DNA of 64,000 nucleotides from Trichoplax sp. H2 (lineage: Eukaryota), in NCBI GenBank assembly GCA_003344405.1, contig NOWV01000143.1, forward strand, positions 1 through 64,000, read 5' to 3'. The translations under genes were made by a program, and so were the position numbers. Shown in pieces: positions 1 to 13,600 of the stretch; the first letter of the stretch is position 1; every line of letters begins with the position of its first letter. A model generated the notes under the pieces. The model saw nothing but the letters and a program-made list of their open reading frames with translations, searched no databases and had not been told where the DNA came from.

Positions 1-304
1 AACATCGAATCAGATAGAATTAGAGAGAGTACGAAAGAAACGATTTACTAAAACTTTAATGAGCATCACATTTTCTACAGCATTACTTACTTGGCCACAA
101 TTTGCCACGGCAATCGGAACAGCAATAACTCGTAAATCAGTCTACGAAATATCGTTAGAAAGTACTATTCTATATGTGTTAGCTTACTTCGGTACAGCGT
201 TAACATTTTCGATATCAGTTTTAAATCCGTTGATCTTAATAAAATTTGATCGGCGTGTTAACCAGAAATTTTTTACATTATTAAAAAATGTTTTAAGTAA
301 ATAA
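1..304 (+). CDS. 3' end (TM6-TM7, C-tail) of an intronless class A GPCR; starts upstream of the window; paralog of 5417-6361
   Basis: 1-180 is identical to 6067-6246; open frame through TM7 'VLNPLIL' to TAA at 302-304. Confidence 0.9.
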   Translation, partial: TSNQIELERVRKKRFTKTLMSITFSTALLTWPQFATAIGTAITRKSVYEISLESTILYVLAYFGTALTFSISVLNPLILIKFDRRVNQKFFTLLKNVLSK

Positions 305-3300
305 TCGATATATAGGATAGATGTTCTATTTTCTGAATCTAACTTATGTATTGTATATTTTCGCCAATATTAAATTCTCAATCCTTCGCCAGATGTACTG
401 TATACGTTTTATGTAAATCGTCATATACAAATCTATCTAATTTTGATTACGTCAAGATACGAACAGGAAATTTTCTTTAAATTTAGTGTTTTAAACTCAA
501 TATATTTTTTATACTACGAATCAAATACAAGTATTATTCTGCAATATCTATTCTCTAATCGTGTTTACTTTATATAATATATAACTATATTATAGGATGC
601 CTGAAATGATGTCTGATCGACTAGACTTTGCTATTTATTAAAGTAGTTTTATAAAATTACATGTTTGAAATATAATTCTAGTTATCTACTATAGCTAGAG
701 TTAGAAATTATTACTACAAGAGCCAAAACTTTCACCATTGTACCTTTTTATAATTAAACAATAATTAGAATTAGAAGTGCATTTAAATCTATGCCTTAGT
801 TATTTTACTAATTTGTAAACTATCCTGCATTAGCCTTGCGAATATATTAGACCGTAATAGTCACGTAGAATAGATGTGTACATATTTCATTATCTGCTTT
901 TAATTATTAACCACTTAATATAGAGGCACTTTACAACGTAGAGTCTTTATTTAAGTCTAGCATTACTAGGTGTTAATCGCTCTTTAGCAAATTTGACGTT
1001 TCGTTGAAAGCATAATATACCATATACAGTCTACCATAAATCTTCGTAATAATATAAATTCAATTCAGTGCTATAAATCTATAAATATCCGCAAATATGG
1101 AAATTAGAGGCGTCCCAGTCAAATATTATCTTGGCATCACTATATCTATCCGAAAGTACTGATAATTCATACATATAAGTCCTTGCATTATCATATTTCT
1201 TTAAGTACCTTATGACTTAATCTATGCTACTAGTACGCCATCGAATTGATGATATCTTAGTATGGCAATGTATATTTGACATACGTATTATACTAAAATA
1301 AGAGTGAATATAAATTCATAACTAATTAATTACTAAAAGATCAGCCATCTAAATCTTTGTTCCTCGTAGCCTATATTGTAATGCTACGAACAAAGTCAAT
1401 CGGCAATATCGCTAATTATTTACGATTTATAATACATTAAATAGATGCATAATCTAGTAAGAAAGTAAATCATCACATGGTATATTCAATAATTTATATA
1501 TGCATCGTGTATATATAGTACCGAAACAATATGTAGTGATTATCATTTTAATAGTGATTTATTCACGAGTTAAAAATTAATAGAAAGCCTGCTTTTGCTT
1601 TTTTAGCCTTGTACTATCACTTCATTTCACAGGCAATGAAGCACCAAGCAATAAAATGGAACTATTATGAAATATATATTGGTATTCACGAAAGTAGAAC
1701 CAATGTAGAAGGATAAATAGATATTTGTAAATAAAATTACTAAAAGATGTATATTAGTTAAAACTTAGATTGACGTCACTCCATAATTTCTATGTAACTT
1801 TTGTATGCTTCTATCAGCTTAGAATCTACCAAATATTTTACATAAATATAATAAAATATTTATCATCGGATTTAAATTTCTGATTTACGCATAAATCGGC
1901 TAAAAAGTTAAGTTGCAGTCTAAATAATTTACACTGTTTTCTGTCTAAAGGCATTTTGTAATATTGATATCGCTTACATGACTCAAAATACCGTGAATAT
2001 GCTCCATCCTCAAGTCAATAAGCTTATATGTAAAAGGCTAACTAGAAATAAGCGCCAACTAGTAAAATTTACAGTAGCTCAGATGATATCGCAGATTAAC
2101 ATTAATGTATGCGAGTATACTGTATAGTAATTTTACGTAACAGTCACCTACCGAGATTGTTTTGAAACTTGTATGTTAGCTAAGATTTTCTTGGGCATCG
2201 ACATGTTATGCTACCTCGGTTTTTACTTACTGGATATCTAACTTTAAACGGACTTGCTTTAGCAAATTGTTACTACTGTTACTACATTAATATTTATTCT
2301 CAATTTCTTTACGTATATTCAAATACATTATCATTTTAGAAGGAATATCGATAAAAAGTAATTAACCTAGGTGACTAGAATTAAATATCATATATTTTCA
2401 CGCTGATCAGTTCGAGTAGAATTAGCCGGGAAGAGAATCATCATCATACAGGATGATAAAGCTTGTGAATTAATGTGTCTTTTCTATAAAAATTTAAGAA
2501 ATTAGCAATTGGAGAGAATACCTATATTCTTTACTGCTAAAAATTTACGTAAGAATATCTGCTTGGTCTAGTGGATACCTTTTGGTACTTTATTATAGTA
2601 ACTATCATTGAAAGATTAATGATCGCTTAACGGCACACAGGTAGTTTTATCGATAGAATTGAGTATAAAATCTAAATTAAAACTGATTAAATAAAAACTA
2701 ATACCCGCATATTTCGAATGGTAACATTTTTTATAAAGCTGCATAGAGCTCTTAGTAGCTCTAAAAATCAGGATATTATCGATTTATCATGATCTAGAAT
2801 GGCCTTAACAATTTTTTTATCAAAATAAGAGTCTTACAAAGTTCAAATGACGTATACCTTGAAAAGGTCCTTATGAAATCTTCCAAATTAACACAATTTA
2901 TACGCAAATTTATCCTCCCTGTTTTGAGTAATCCCAATAAAAATATGAATAATAGAAAAACTAGCCTTATAACCGTAAGATTGATCCAAAACAACAATCA
3001 CACTCTACAGCGTAATATATATTTTATGTCATCGTGAAAATTGCAACAAAAATATTACTGTAATATTTCAAAAACTCGGACAATGAGAAAATTTAATTTT
3101 AAAATTCGTCCGGTCACTATTTACTAACATCATTGCAGATACAATTGAAATGCCAGCTCTCTACCGAAGTCTATATCGGAGTGTAGGTTTTTGCTAATTT
3201 TTACTGCAAATATACCTTTAAAGTTGCAGATCTATCGTCAATGACCCTATCTCAGTGTAATAGCCTCACCGCTACTACGATTCTAGTACTTGGTATAAGA

Positions 3301-3910
3301 GCGAATACCGTACTTCACCGTTTCATCATCAGCCACGGCCTACTAATATAGTTTAATCTATGCAAATCATTACACTCAGTGGAGTAGAGGCGCCTGCTAA
3401 CCTATTTTTTTAGTGAAAATTTTACCCGAGGATATTGAGTAAAGGATAATAAGCTAAAATAGAAGAAACGAGCTTTTAGTACTTCGTTGTAGTAAATCAC
3501 GACTAATTATAAACAAAATAACTTTCAGAAACTAATTAAACAAAAATGAATCTCTCAATTAAGGTAGCATTACACTATTGTAACTGCAATGTAATGATAA
3601 GTTAATCTACCAGAAAAAGCAACTTAATATTAAGGTATTTGGTTGATGTGTTCACATAATGTATATAACCAAGTTTATTCCTGACATTTCCGTAAATAAA
3701 TAATTAGTCAATGTTTAAATAGTGATATTACATTATACGAATTTAGTGAAAGTTTAATCTTCCTTACGAATCTGCCTTACTATGCGACCAAAATTATAGT
3801 CTCAATCTTGTATGATAATTGACTAATTGAATCTATTATTACAAATGAGTAACTTTAATAGGAAAAAGATAAAAATGAAACATTAAATACGCACTTCCAT
3901 AGAAAACTCT

Positions 3911-5261
3911 TTGTAACGAAACTGAATATTATGATTGTAGACATTTAGCTATGCTTAGTAAGATGTATGGAAGCGCAACTTTCTGTAGTTATCTTAAGAC
4001 ATATTTGGTAGCTCGCAGCTATGGATTGCAATGGTAGATTCTATGCTATAGTATAGATGGTTATATATAGTAAGGTGTTGCGTTACTATTAAGGCTAGAG
4101 CTAAAAATAGGACTGTAATTCATATATTAGGATATGCTTAGTTTACCGCGCTTTGACTGCTAAGAATAATATCTACTGGAATACTGTAGTTTTTTCTATA
4201 TCGGTTTAATGATGGTTTGCTGTAAAATATTGTTACTAATAATAATTTGACTATGTATAAATTAAGGTTAAATGTTGCTATGCTGATTGTAGCTGTGACT
4301 GCTACGAAATGTACAGTATATAAGCTAGCAACTTTAGACTATTCAGTTAGTTGTTTCTAGAAGTCTTTCAGTAGTTGTATTTGGCTAGAGTAGAGCTGTG
4401 TTTAGCTAGTTTTTGTATTAGATCTAATAAAGTTCTAATTTTCTACAACTTGGGATATTTGTGATTGGATTTTATCACACTGTTACGGTTAATTTGATTG
4501 ATCAACCCGAAAAATGCATTGAATGCAACTGTTATGGATACTATGACTTTTATGAATGCTATAATTAGAAATTAAGGCTTTCTCAATTTTTATTCTTTCA
4601 TCGTTATATTTGTCTGGTAATAATAATTGTGGAAGAATAATAAATCAAGCACAATGATGATAAAAAAAAATATATAAATAAATGCAGTATTATTATGAAT
4701 ATGTGTGATATATACCGATCACGAAATTCCAAATTTTAGAAAAATATAGGCTTTATTAAATCTTATACAAAGATTAACTGCACACAGTTCTACTCTAGGC
4801 GAATACTACTACTAAAGACTTCTAGAACGAACTAACTGAATAATCTAAAGTTGCATGCTTTTATACTTTTCGTAGCATTCGCAGCTACAATCTGCATGAC
4901 AACCTTTTACCTTATTTTACACATAGTAAAATTATTCTCAGTAACACTATTCTACAGCGGACCGTCATTAATCCTATATGGATACGACTGCAGTACAGTA
5001 TTTACGTAGACATTATTCACACCAGCCAAAGTACAATGAATTAACCATATCCTAATATATGATTTACTGTTCTATTTTTACCTATAACCTTATTAGTAAC
5101 TCAACACCTTACTGTATATAGTCATCTGTACTATAGCATAAAGTCTATACCACTACAGTCTATAGTTATGGCTACCAAATGTCTCCTAGGATAAATATCT
5201 ACCGCACAGTATGCTAAACATGGCTAACAGTCTACAATCACAATACTAAGTTGCATTACAA
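3911..5261. repeat. Long imperfect inverted repeat (arms ~3911-4480 and ~4702-5261, ~220-bp spacer)
   Basis: Reverse complement of 4321-4401 aligns to 4782-4860, and of 4081-4144 to ~5037-5101 (catatcctaatatatga shared); arms are colinear. Confidence 0.9.
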
Positions 5262-5416
5262 TGTGTTATGCATTAATTCGTCATTCCATTTTCAGTTTTG
5301 ACAAGTAAATTTAGAACGCTGACTGTAGAACTTCAATTTAACAACCTTAATTTCTTTATAGCTTGACTATTATTTTTACATCAATTTACTCTTATAACTT
5401 ATCTATACTTTAAAAT

Positions 5417-6361
5417 ATGAATAAATCTAATAGTACGATTCATAGCCAGTGGATAGGCTTACAATTACATCGATATGTTGTTATATTTGCTATTCCGATC
5501 GCTTTTATTGGTCTTATTCTTAACATAACAGTGACTTATCTCTTACGGACAGATAAGTATTTCAAGAAAATCTCTTATCGACTTATACTCGTTTCAGTTA
5601 TATCCGACACTGTTTCTTCTATCGTAACCGTAATTATTTGTATTTATATAGCTACTGATAGTGTAAATTATTATCAAGGTACAATAATTTGTCGTGTAAC
5701 TTTATTTATTGTCTTTTCGTCATTTGGAATTTCTATTATGAATCTATCATTAATTAGTGTTAATCGTTATTTCGTAATAGCAAAACCGTTGTCGGTATTC
5801 TATCGAAAGCATAAGATCAAACTTCTTATATTAAGTGAACTACTTATTTCTATAACATCAATAGCAACATCGTCGCCTTTCTTAGTCTACACAGCTGTTC
5901 ATCCTCATTCAACAACGCTTTGTGATTATCCTGATATTACACAAGCTGTAGCAATTTATGAAATTATGTTTGCCGTTATTATGTATATCATTCCAGTCTC
6001 GATTATGATTATCATGTATTCAAAACTGATTATTATTCATAAGAATTATATACAACCTGGCTATAGAACATCGAATCAGATAGAATTAGAGAGAGTACGA
6101 AAGAAACGATTTACTAAAACTTTAATGAGCATCACATTTTCTACAGCATTACTTACTTGGCCACAATTTGCCACGGCAATCGGAACAGCAATAACTCGTA
6201 AATCAGTCTACGAAATATCGTTAGAAAGTACTATTCTATATGTGTTTATTTACTTCGGTACAGCGTTAACTTCATCGATATCAGTTTTAAATCCGTTGAT
6301 CTTAATAAAATTTGATAGCCAGATTAGGCAGGACTTTTTTAAATTATTAAAAAAGTACTGA
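5417..6361 (+). CDS. Intronless rhodopsin-like (class A) GPCR, 314 aa
   Basis: Seven hydrophobic segments; TM1 GxxxN, TM2 Asp (ISD), TM3 Cys and 'SVNRY' (DRY variant), ECL2 Cys, TM5 'IIP..Y', TM6 'TWP', TM7 'NPLIL'; N-terminal sequons. Confidence 0.93.
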   Translation: MNKSNSTIHSQWIGLQLHRYVVIFAIPIAFIGLILNITVTYLLRTDKYFKKISYRLILVSVISDTVSSIVTVIICIYIATDSVNYYQGTIICRVTLFIVFSSFGISIMNLSLISVNRYFVIAKPLSVFYRKHKIKLLILSELLISITSIATSSPFLVYTAVHPHSTTLCDYPDITQAVAIYEIMFAVIMYIIPVSIMIIMYSKLIIIHKNYIQPGYRTSNQIELERVRKKRFTKTLMSITFSTALLTWPQFATAIGTAITRKSVYEISLESTILYVFIYFGTALTSSISVLNPLILIKFDSQIRQDFFKLLKKY

Positions 6362-9300
6362 TAATAACAAGTACAATATAATTAACTATATGATAGCTGT
6401 ATCGTTTTCCGTATCTTTTCTTAAATCTAATTTATACTATTGTGTGTTCCCGTTAAGAGCTAAATTTATAATTTGTCACTAGATGTACGGTATATAAACC
6501 TATCTAGTTTTGGCTGTACCGTAAGAATATGAAGACCTTGACATACAATTACTTTACTTCAATATACTCTTTATGCTACAAATCAAATTTAAGCATTTCA
6601 TAACATCCCTCATTCATCTTTTCTTTATTTGTATCCGACGTTATGATGTGGAATGCCTAAAATGATGTCGTCTTGATTAGACTCTAATGTTTACAGAGAT
6701 ATTTTATGATGTGAATGGGTCAGACGCTTAATATTATCTACCTTAGCCAATGCTAGAAATTATCATTATCATTATATGGAGAAAGACTTCTACCGCTGTA
6801 TTTATAACGGAACAGTGGCTTAGTTAACATTGGTAGTGTGTATAAATAGACAACCCGGTAGTTATTTTAAAATTTTGTAAATTATCCTTTAGTATCGTAG
6901 ATACGTAACATTTAACTTGTATTGTAATTTGTATGATGTTGGTAATACACTATAAGTCAGTATTGTAATCACAGTACTATGCATTGGTATAAATACTCGA
7001 TCATCCTAAGAATATGGTTTAATTCTCTTTACGTCGCTTTACTTCACGTTACGTCTTAATACTAGCTCTTATACGTTAGTCAAACTTGTAACACACATAC
7101 TGTCGCTTAAATAAAACGACTTAAACCACTATCATTCGATCTATCTCCACGCTCTTCACTACTATAAACGTATCATGGCTACTACAAATCCGCCTGCAGA
7201 GCTGGCCAATTTCAAAGAACCGACATCACTACAATCCTGTATTAGCCATATAAATTCATCGTAATGTGCTAAACAGGCTAAATAAAATATCAGTTAATGA
7301 TTAATACGACAATAAGTTTGCTTTTCATCAATTAACCCAAGCCCTATTGTAAATATTCCTCAACTTTGTTTTTAAAACAAACTTGCTTCAACTGCAACTA
7401 AATTGAATTACAATCAATTTATGAAAGTATAATCAGTTGACTTATTAATTTAATTTCTAAATGTGTACAATAATGAAAAATTGGGTCTGGACATACTCTC
7501 ATTCCGATCCAACTTGAATCATGCTTAAAATCTTACTAAATTATTACATAGCACTAATTGAAAATATTTTTTTAGTCCATCGCTGCTTTATTATTTATTT
7601 TATTTTGTGCTAACTAGCTTGTATACAGTATTGTCCTCGAATCTTATGTAGGCTATATTCTTAGTTAAGGACCATATAGCTTAGCTCTACTATACTAGCT
7701 AGTTCTAGCTCTGTCGATTGGTATCACAAGCCTGTATGGTAATCCTTCCCGTTGTTGCGATTAACGTCATTCCTTAACATCACCGTAATACATTATCGAC
7801 ATTCTAATACGATGCTGCACGCTATATACTGTATAATGTATGTACTGTATTTACTTGTATTGACTCAATCCAAACCACATTATCGCAACACTCGTATACA
7901 GCGCATTCGGTATATTACAATAATGTAACAAATAAGAGCTTTAATATTCTGGGTTTAAAGGTAAACCTAGATCAAATAAGCAGCTGCATGCACTTACTAG
8001 CTAATATATTAGATACTGATAGAACATAATACTACCAACAAAGTGAGCATGGTAAAATTTATAAGCATTTTTTAGATTCTACGTAAAGGTACAATACATC
8101 TTGGACTACCTTGAGCAGGAGTTTAACAAATCCTATGCTTAGAATGAAATTAAAAACTATTATGCACTTTGTGAAGTCATAATTTAAGCTAAAATAAATT
8201 AAGTGGGAAATAGCTATCTTTACTTCTTATAAAACAGCAATAGCTGTCAAACTTATTTTGAAAGAAGCCAAATCTATAGCTAAAACATGGATCAATACTC
8301 AAAATATTAAGCAAAATAAACAGATTCTCCTACTGCGACCAATCAAACTAGCAATAAAGAAATAGCATAATAGCTTATTGTTAGCTACAGAACCATGGTT
8401 AGACTTTATAACTCTTGTATTCCTCTATTTCTCTATTAATGTATCGAACTATACCACCTTTCCATATTCTTTCGCATATGCTATCATATATTTAATTAAT
8501 TCTCCAAAATGATTGAAATTGATCTGGCAAATATTCATACAAGCTCGAAAAGATTATACCATAGATTTCCTTGGATTAATCAATTAATTAGTGAACTAAC
8601 CACAGATAAATCTGTTTACAATCAACAATTATAGAATACTTGTGCACGATAGAAAGCCTGGTCAAGCTAACATCAGTAAACTAAATCCAGATAAAAGGAT
8701 CTGTTTACAGTAATCATACGCGTAAATCAGGATATTGTACAGCAATATAATTTTGCATAATTTATAAACAAAGTTGGTAATCATTTTAGTAAAGGATAGC
8801 AGTTCAATTAATGTTTAGATTAAATGTCCGTTCAGGTGAGATTAATTGACAAGCTCAAGCTTATACTAAAATTTTTTTTTAATTCCTAGTGATTTTCTTA
8901 TACCATTTGAGCTAATAATAGATTTAAACTGAGTTTAAATTGTCGTATTTGCAGTAATTTAATTGAGTTGACATCTTCTAATCTGATGTCTACTTTTGAC
9001 TTATTTAATGTTTATCTTATTTAAGTTCATATATAAAGCCACAATGAAGATAGAGATTGTTGGTTGTGTGCTGTTGCTATTATCTCTGAGTCATTCTAGA
9101 AGGAGAGTTCTAAGCAGTTTAGCGATTAGGAGAGTACAGTGCGATACTTTAGCTAATGTTACTTGAAAGAGTTGTGATAGATTGTATCCCAGGCAAGACT
9201 ATCGCAATATATATAAAAAATGATTATAAATATAAATAAACAAAATGGCAAATTTTCTGGGTAGAGAATGATTAAGAAAAAAGGGATACCACAGGCCATT

Positions 9301-9869
9301 GATGTAAATATACATTCAATTACGGTACATTCATGGAAAGTTTCAAAACAGAATTCTAATATATAGTTGCATTTAAAGCTGAGCGTCCGCTTTACAATAT
9401 CATTAATTGGTATAGTGATTCTTCATGCTGTACTGTACGTTACATGCAGTGCACTGCATACTGACTGTACGAGAGTTTTACAGAGTATGACAGTGATTTC
9501 GATTTCGTACATTATTTCTGTAGACAATTACTACTATTTCGTAAGCTTTTCCGAGTAAATAACTCAATTTTCATTCTGATTCGATAAGTGATTGGTAATT
9601 ATTTCTTAGTGAAGTACTATACGCGTAGGTGACGAGATTTCACATACTAGATTCTAAGCGATTGTAATTTCTTCAAAATAACCACTATCATGTATCACTA
9701 TATGGCTTTGCTGTCAAGCTTGAGCTTCACGGAATATCAAATGGCGTAGAAAGATTTAACACGACATGAAGTAAGTACCCTGTCAGTAATTAAAGCCAGT
9801 CACAAGCATTTGTAGACGTTAAAGATAAACTTTATTTCGAATGCGTATTTAAGTTTGCTTGAGAACTCA

Positions 9870-10567
9870 CTAATCTATTAGACATCCGCACAACTTAGTA
9901 TCAGTATCAATATGACTTAGCGTTACTTCCCTACAACTATCAAACCCAGTAATATTCCAGCTATTCCCATAATATTGCTCTGTTTAAGCCTTTTTCGATG
10001 CCTATCAGTATTACAATTCCATCTAATTAGTGCATAAGGTCAAGAGACCCATAATATTGCTCTGTTTAAGCCTTTTTCGATGCCTATCAGTATTACAATT
10101 CTATCCAATTAGTGCATAAGGTCAAGAGACTGCAGAAACGATTGGATATGAATCACAAGTATAAGCGAAAGGTAAAGAATCTTTGTTACCATGGTTTCCA
10201 AATTTAGGAGGGCTGCTTTGACGTATTTACTTTATTATTGTTTTGTCTCNNNNNNNNNNNNNNNNNNNNCTAATCTATTAGACATCCGCACAACTTAGTA
10301 TCAGTATCAATATGACTTAGCATTACTTCCCTACAACTATCAAACCCAGTAATATTCCAGCTATTCCCATAATATTGCTCTGTTTAAGCCTTTTTCGATG
10401 CCTATCAGTATTACAATTCCATCCAATTAGTGCATATGGTCAAGAGACTGCAGAAACGATTGGATATGAATCACAAGTATAAGCGAAAGGTAAAGAATCT
10501 TTGTTACCATGGTTTCCAAATTTAGGAGGGCTGCTTTGACGTATTTACTTTATTATTGTTTTGTCTC
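9870..10567. other. 20-N assembly gap (10250-10269) flanked by near-identical copies 9870-10249 and 10270-10567
   Basis: Both copies run from ctaatctattagacatccgc to ttttgtctc; the left copy has an extra 82-bp internal tandem unit. Confidence 0.9.
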
Positions 10568-10695
10568 GATGACGCATGCTCGTATCAATTTCACTGCAGA
10601 CGATAGAGATGCAGAGTGTAGATACCCAAATATGTCTTCATGTACTATGATCTTCTATAGACATTTTGTTGACAATTAAGTCAACTCTGGATAGG

Positions 10696-13600
10696 ATGAC
10701 TTTAACTGCAATTGACGTTGCCATTACTACCGTTACAAAAATGTCCCAACAAGTCAAAATTCATGTAAGTGGTTAGAATCGATCAAATTAATCGAAATTA
10801 TGGCTAATCGAGCAACCTTAAACGCCCAGGGTAGAGCGTATTCGTATCCGGATTAAAAAATTACTTACTACGATGATTTATTCTTGAGTAAAGATGAAAT
10901 CCTTCTTTCATCTTTCACTTCATAGGATAGATTAATATCGCATTCTCTCAGTAGAATGGATAACTTTATGTAGAAAATATTATTACTGTTTGTATATTCT
11001 TTAATCGATGTCATATGTAGTAGTCTTAAAGTAGATACAACGTTTGTTAAAATATCTTATTTGTAGGTAGAATAAAGTTTTTGTTCCATGCTATTTTCCG
11101 TTAATCCAGTATGCTGATATATTATTCCTGCAGTTGGTTGTTGTAATATGATTAGCTGTATCTTGATGATTAGTAAATATAGAAGTGAGTTATATAGTTG
11201 TATAGTCAACAATTTAATAAATTAGTAAATGCTTACTTATCTACCTGATGCAATACGTATTTGACAACGTCGGATCGTAATGAAACTATTCTCAAAGTGA
11301 AGGTATCATTAGGTGCCCCTTAACGTATCGTTAGCCAAAAATATCAAAATTTTATTAGGGAACGCCTGATGGAGCAACAAGAAGAGCGGAAAAGGATATC
11401 AGATAAAGCTAAAGAGAAACAAATATTTCGCGAAAATAATAAAAGAAGGAAGTAAGTAAAATGAGTTGCGATAGCTAGATTTCTGCGAGACGACAAATGG
11501 TAAAATGTGCTTCTCTTGCCTAGATCGAAAGTGGTAATTTCTACACTATCCAATCATTTGTTATATAGGCAATATGAACAACAAAAAATGAAGAAATTAA
11601 AGAAAGAAGCAGAAGAACGTGAGCGATTATTAGCTAGTAGAAGAAGAAAGATAGGCCAAGAAGTAAATAAAATGCGAAGTGTTGTTAGACAGCAGGATGA
11701 TGAGAGTGAGAATAAAGGTAATCAATTTATTTTTTAATTGATTCAGTACGGTAGTTTAATGTCCTATGTTTCTCCTACTTAATCATCTGTTCTCAATTGC
11801 TTCTAATTAGTCTCATGCGGTACTTCTATGCACATTAAATATTTAAGCTTGAATAGTTAAATTTTTGCGTTATCTCGTGATACAGTATATGATACTATTC
11901 TATCTTTTAATACTAATGTATAAGATAGAGCATCATTCTATCCTTCAGGTCTAAACTTTCTCATCATTGCTTCTTTAACTAAATTATTTAGTGGCTAAGT
12001 ATCTACGCTCTTTGAATCTTTGAGTGCTGATAACATCAATTACTACTATATGAATATCCACATACTCTGTTCTCCCTTTTATTTCATTTCAATTATCATC
12101 TCTTAAAACAGGAGGGAGAATAACGCCAAACCTCATGATTAAACGTGATATTCAATCAAATAAACGAAAAAATAATAGCGTTCATGATAAAATTCTTAGT
12201 TATTATGAATCGAGTGGGCTAACAAGGCAAGATATTATTCTAGGTGGCAACGAATCTCCAATAAATGATGACTACGATGCTTTGGCTTATACCGACGAAT
12301 CTAATAATGTGCCTAAATATCAATCAACAACAATTCGTCCAGAAACATCCAAGTCTAGAGGCAACTCGACCCAGCATAAGAAGGACGCGTTTATCAATCA
12401 AATTGATGAGATCAATAAAGTGGCAGAAATGGATAGTAATCGACAACAGTTAGATACTGACGATGAGTTATCAAGTGCAGATAGTCTTGAAATAGGTAGA
12501 GTAAGCATTCGAGAGGGTAAATGCACTAGTATAAAAACTAAACCTGAGATTCATTCTCAGCCATCGATGGAAAGCGGCCATGGATCGGCTTTGCATAAAT
12601 GCAACTCTAACAATTTATTAGCTAATGTTATCGACGATGATGACGACGAACTATTTGATAGCTTAGATTTAACGCCATTTCAGTTATTGAGGCATCAAAA
12701 TAGTCCTAATCATAAGGAAAGCGTTAAAATTCCATCACAAAGCAGTAGCATTAGACCATTATCGGCACACCATCGTCAAATAGATGCACCGATTCATGAT
12801 ACTCAAGGGGAACATTCTCGAAAAGAGAATGAAATAAGTACTAAATTATCTGATGATGGCCATAGACGGCGTGGTCAGAATATCAATAAAGACGTGGATT
12901 CTGAATTACCTCAAACTGGTTATAGCAATACTCAAAACCAGCAAAACTTTACAGATTCTGAGCCTAATCTAAACTTACAAGAATCAAAATCTTCTTTAAT
13001 ATTTCCATTACATGATGATGATGATCTCCATACCGTCAGTCAAACTGGTGAAGATACCGGTACCAAGAAAGATCGAATTAGTAGTGCAAAATCAACTAAA
13101 TCTGTTCGATTTGCTGATACGGCATCATATCATGGATTATCCGATGTATCTTCACTCTCTGACGACTTTGATGCTACCGTTAGTGTAATTGTCGATGAGA
13201 TTAACAAGTTACAATTATCAAATGAAAGAAATCAGCAACAAGATGACGATCATGGCAAACATTATCAAAAGAAGATCAATTATCATCAGCGCAATACCGC
13301 GAAAGAAAGCGGTCGAATTTCTTCCTCTAAGCAACCAAGTCAAGACGGTTATGACGAAGAAGATGATAAAAGTAGCAATAATGATGATTCAGTTGATCCG
13401 TGGAAGTTAAGTCAAACGTCTACATCTTCACAATATCAAAATGAAGAGATTGTAGATGTCCAAAGTCAGCTGAATCAATCTTCAATATCTCCTCGTCAAT
13501 ATCAGGAACGTCCAAAACAACCAATGGAACGATCTAGAAGTGAAGGATCTTTGCAAGGTAAAATAAAAAGTAATCATTCATTTAAATCTCTTGCTGCTGT

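Noticed and set aside
2794-2997. 67-aa minus-strand hydrophobic ORF as an inverted GPCR remnant
   Set aside because: No GPCR motifs and no convincing alignment to 5417-6361
7175-8142. Possible small gene starting MATTNPPAELANF...
   Set aside because: No consistent exon chain; the paralogous flank near 1064-1145 lacks the frame
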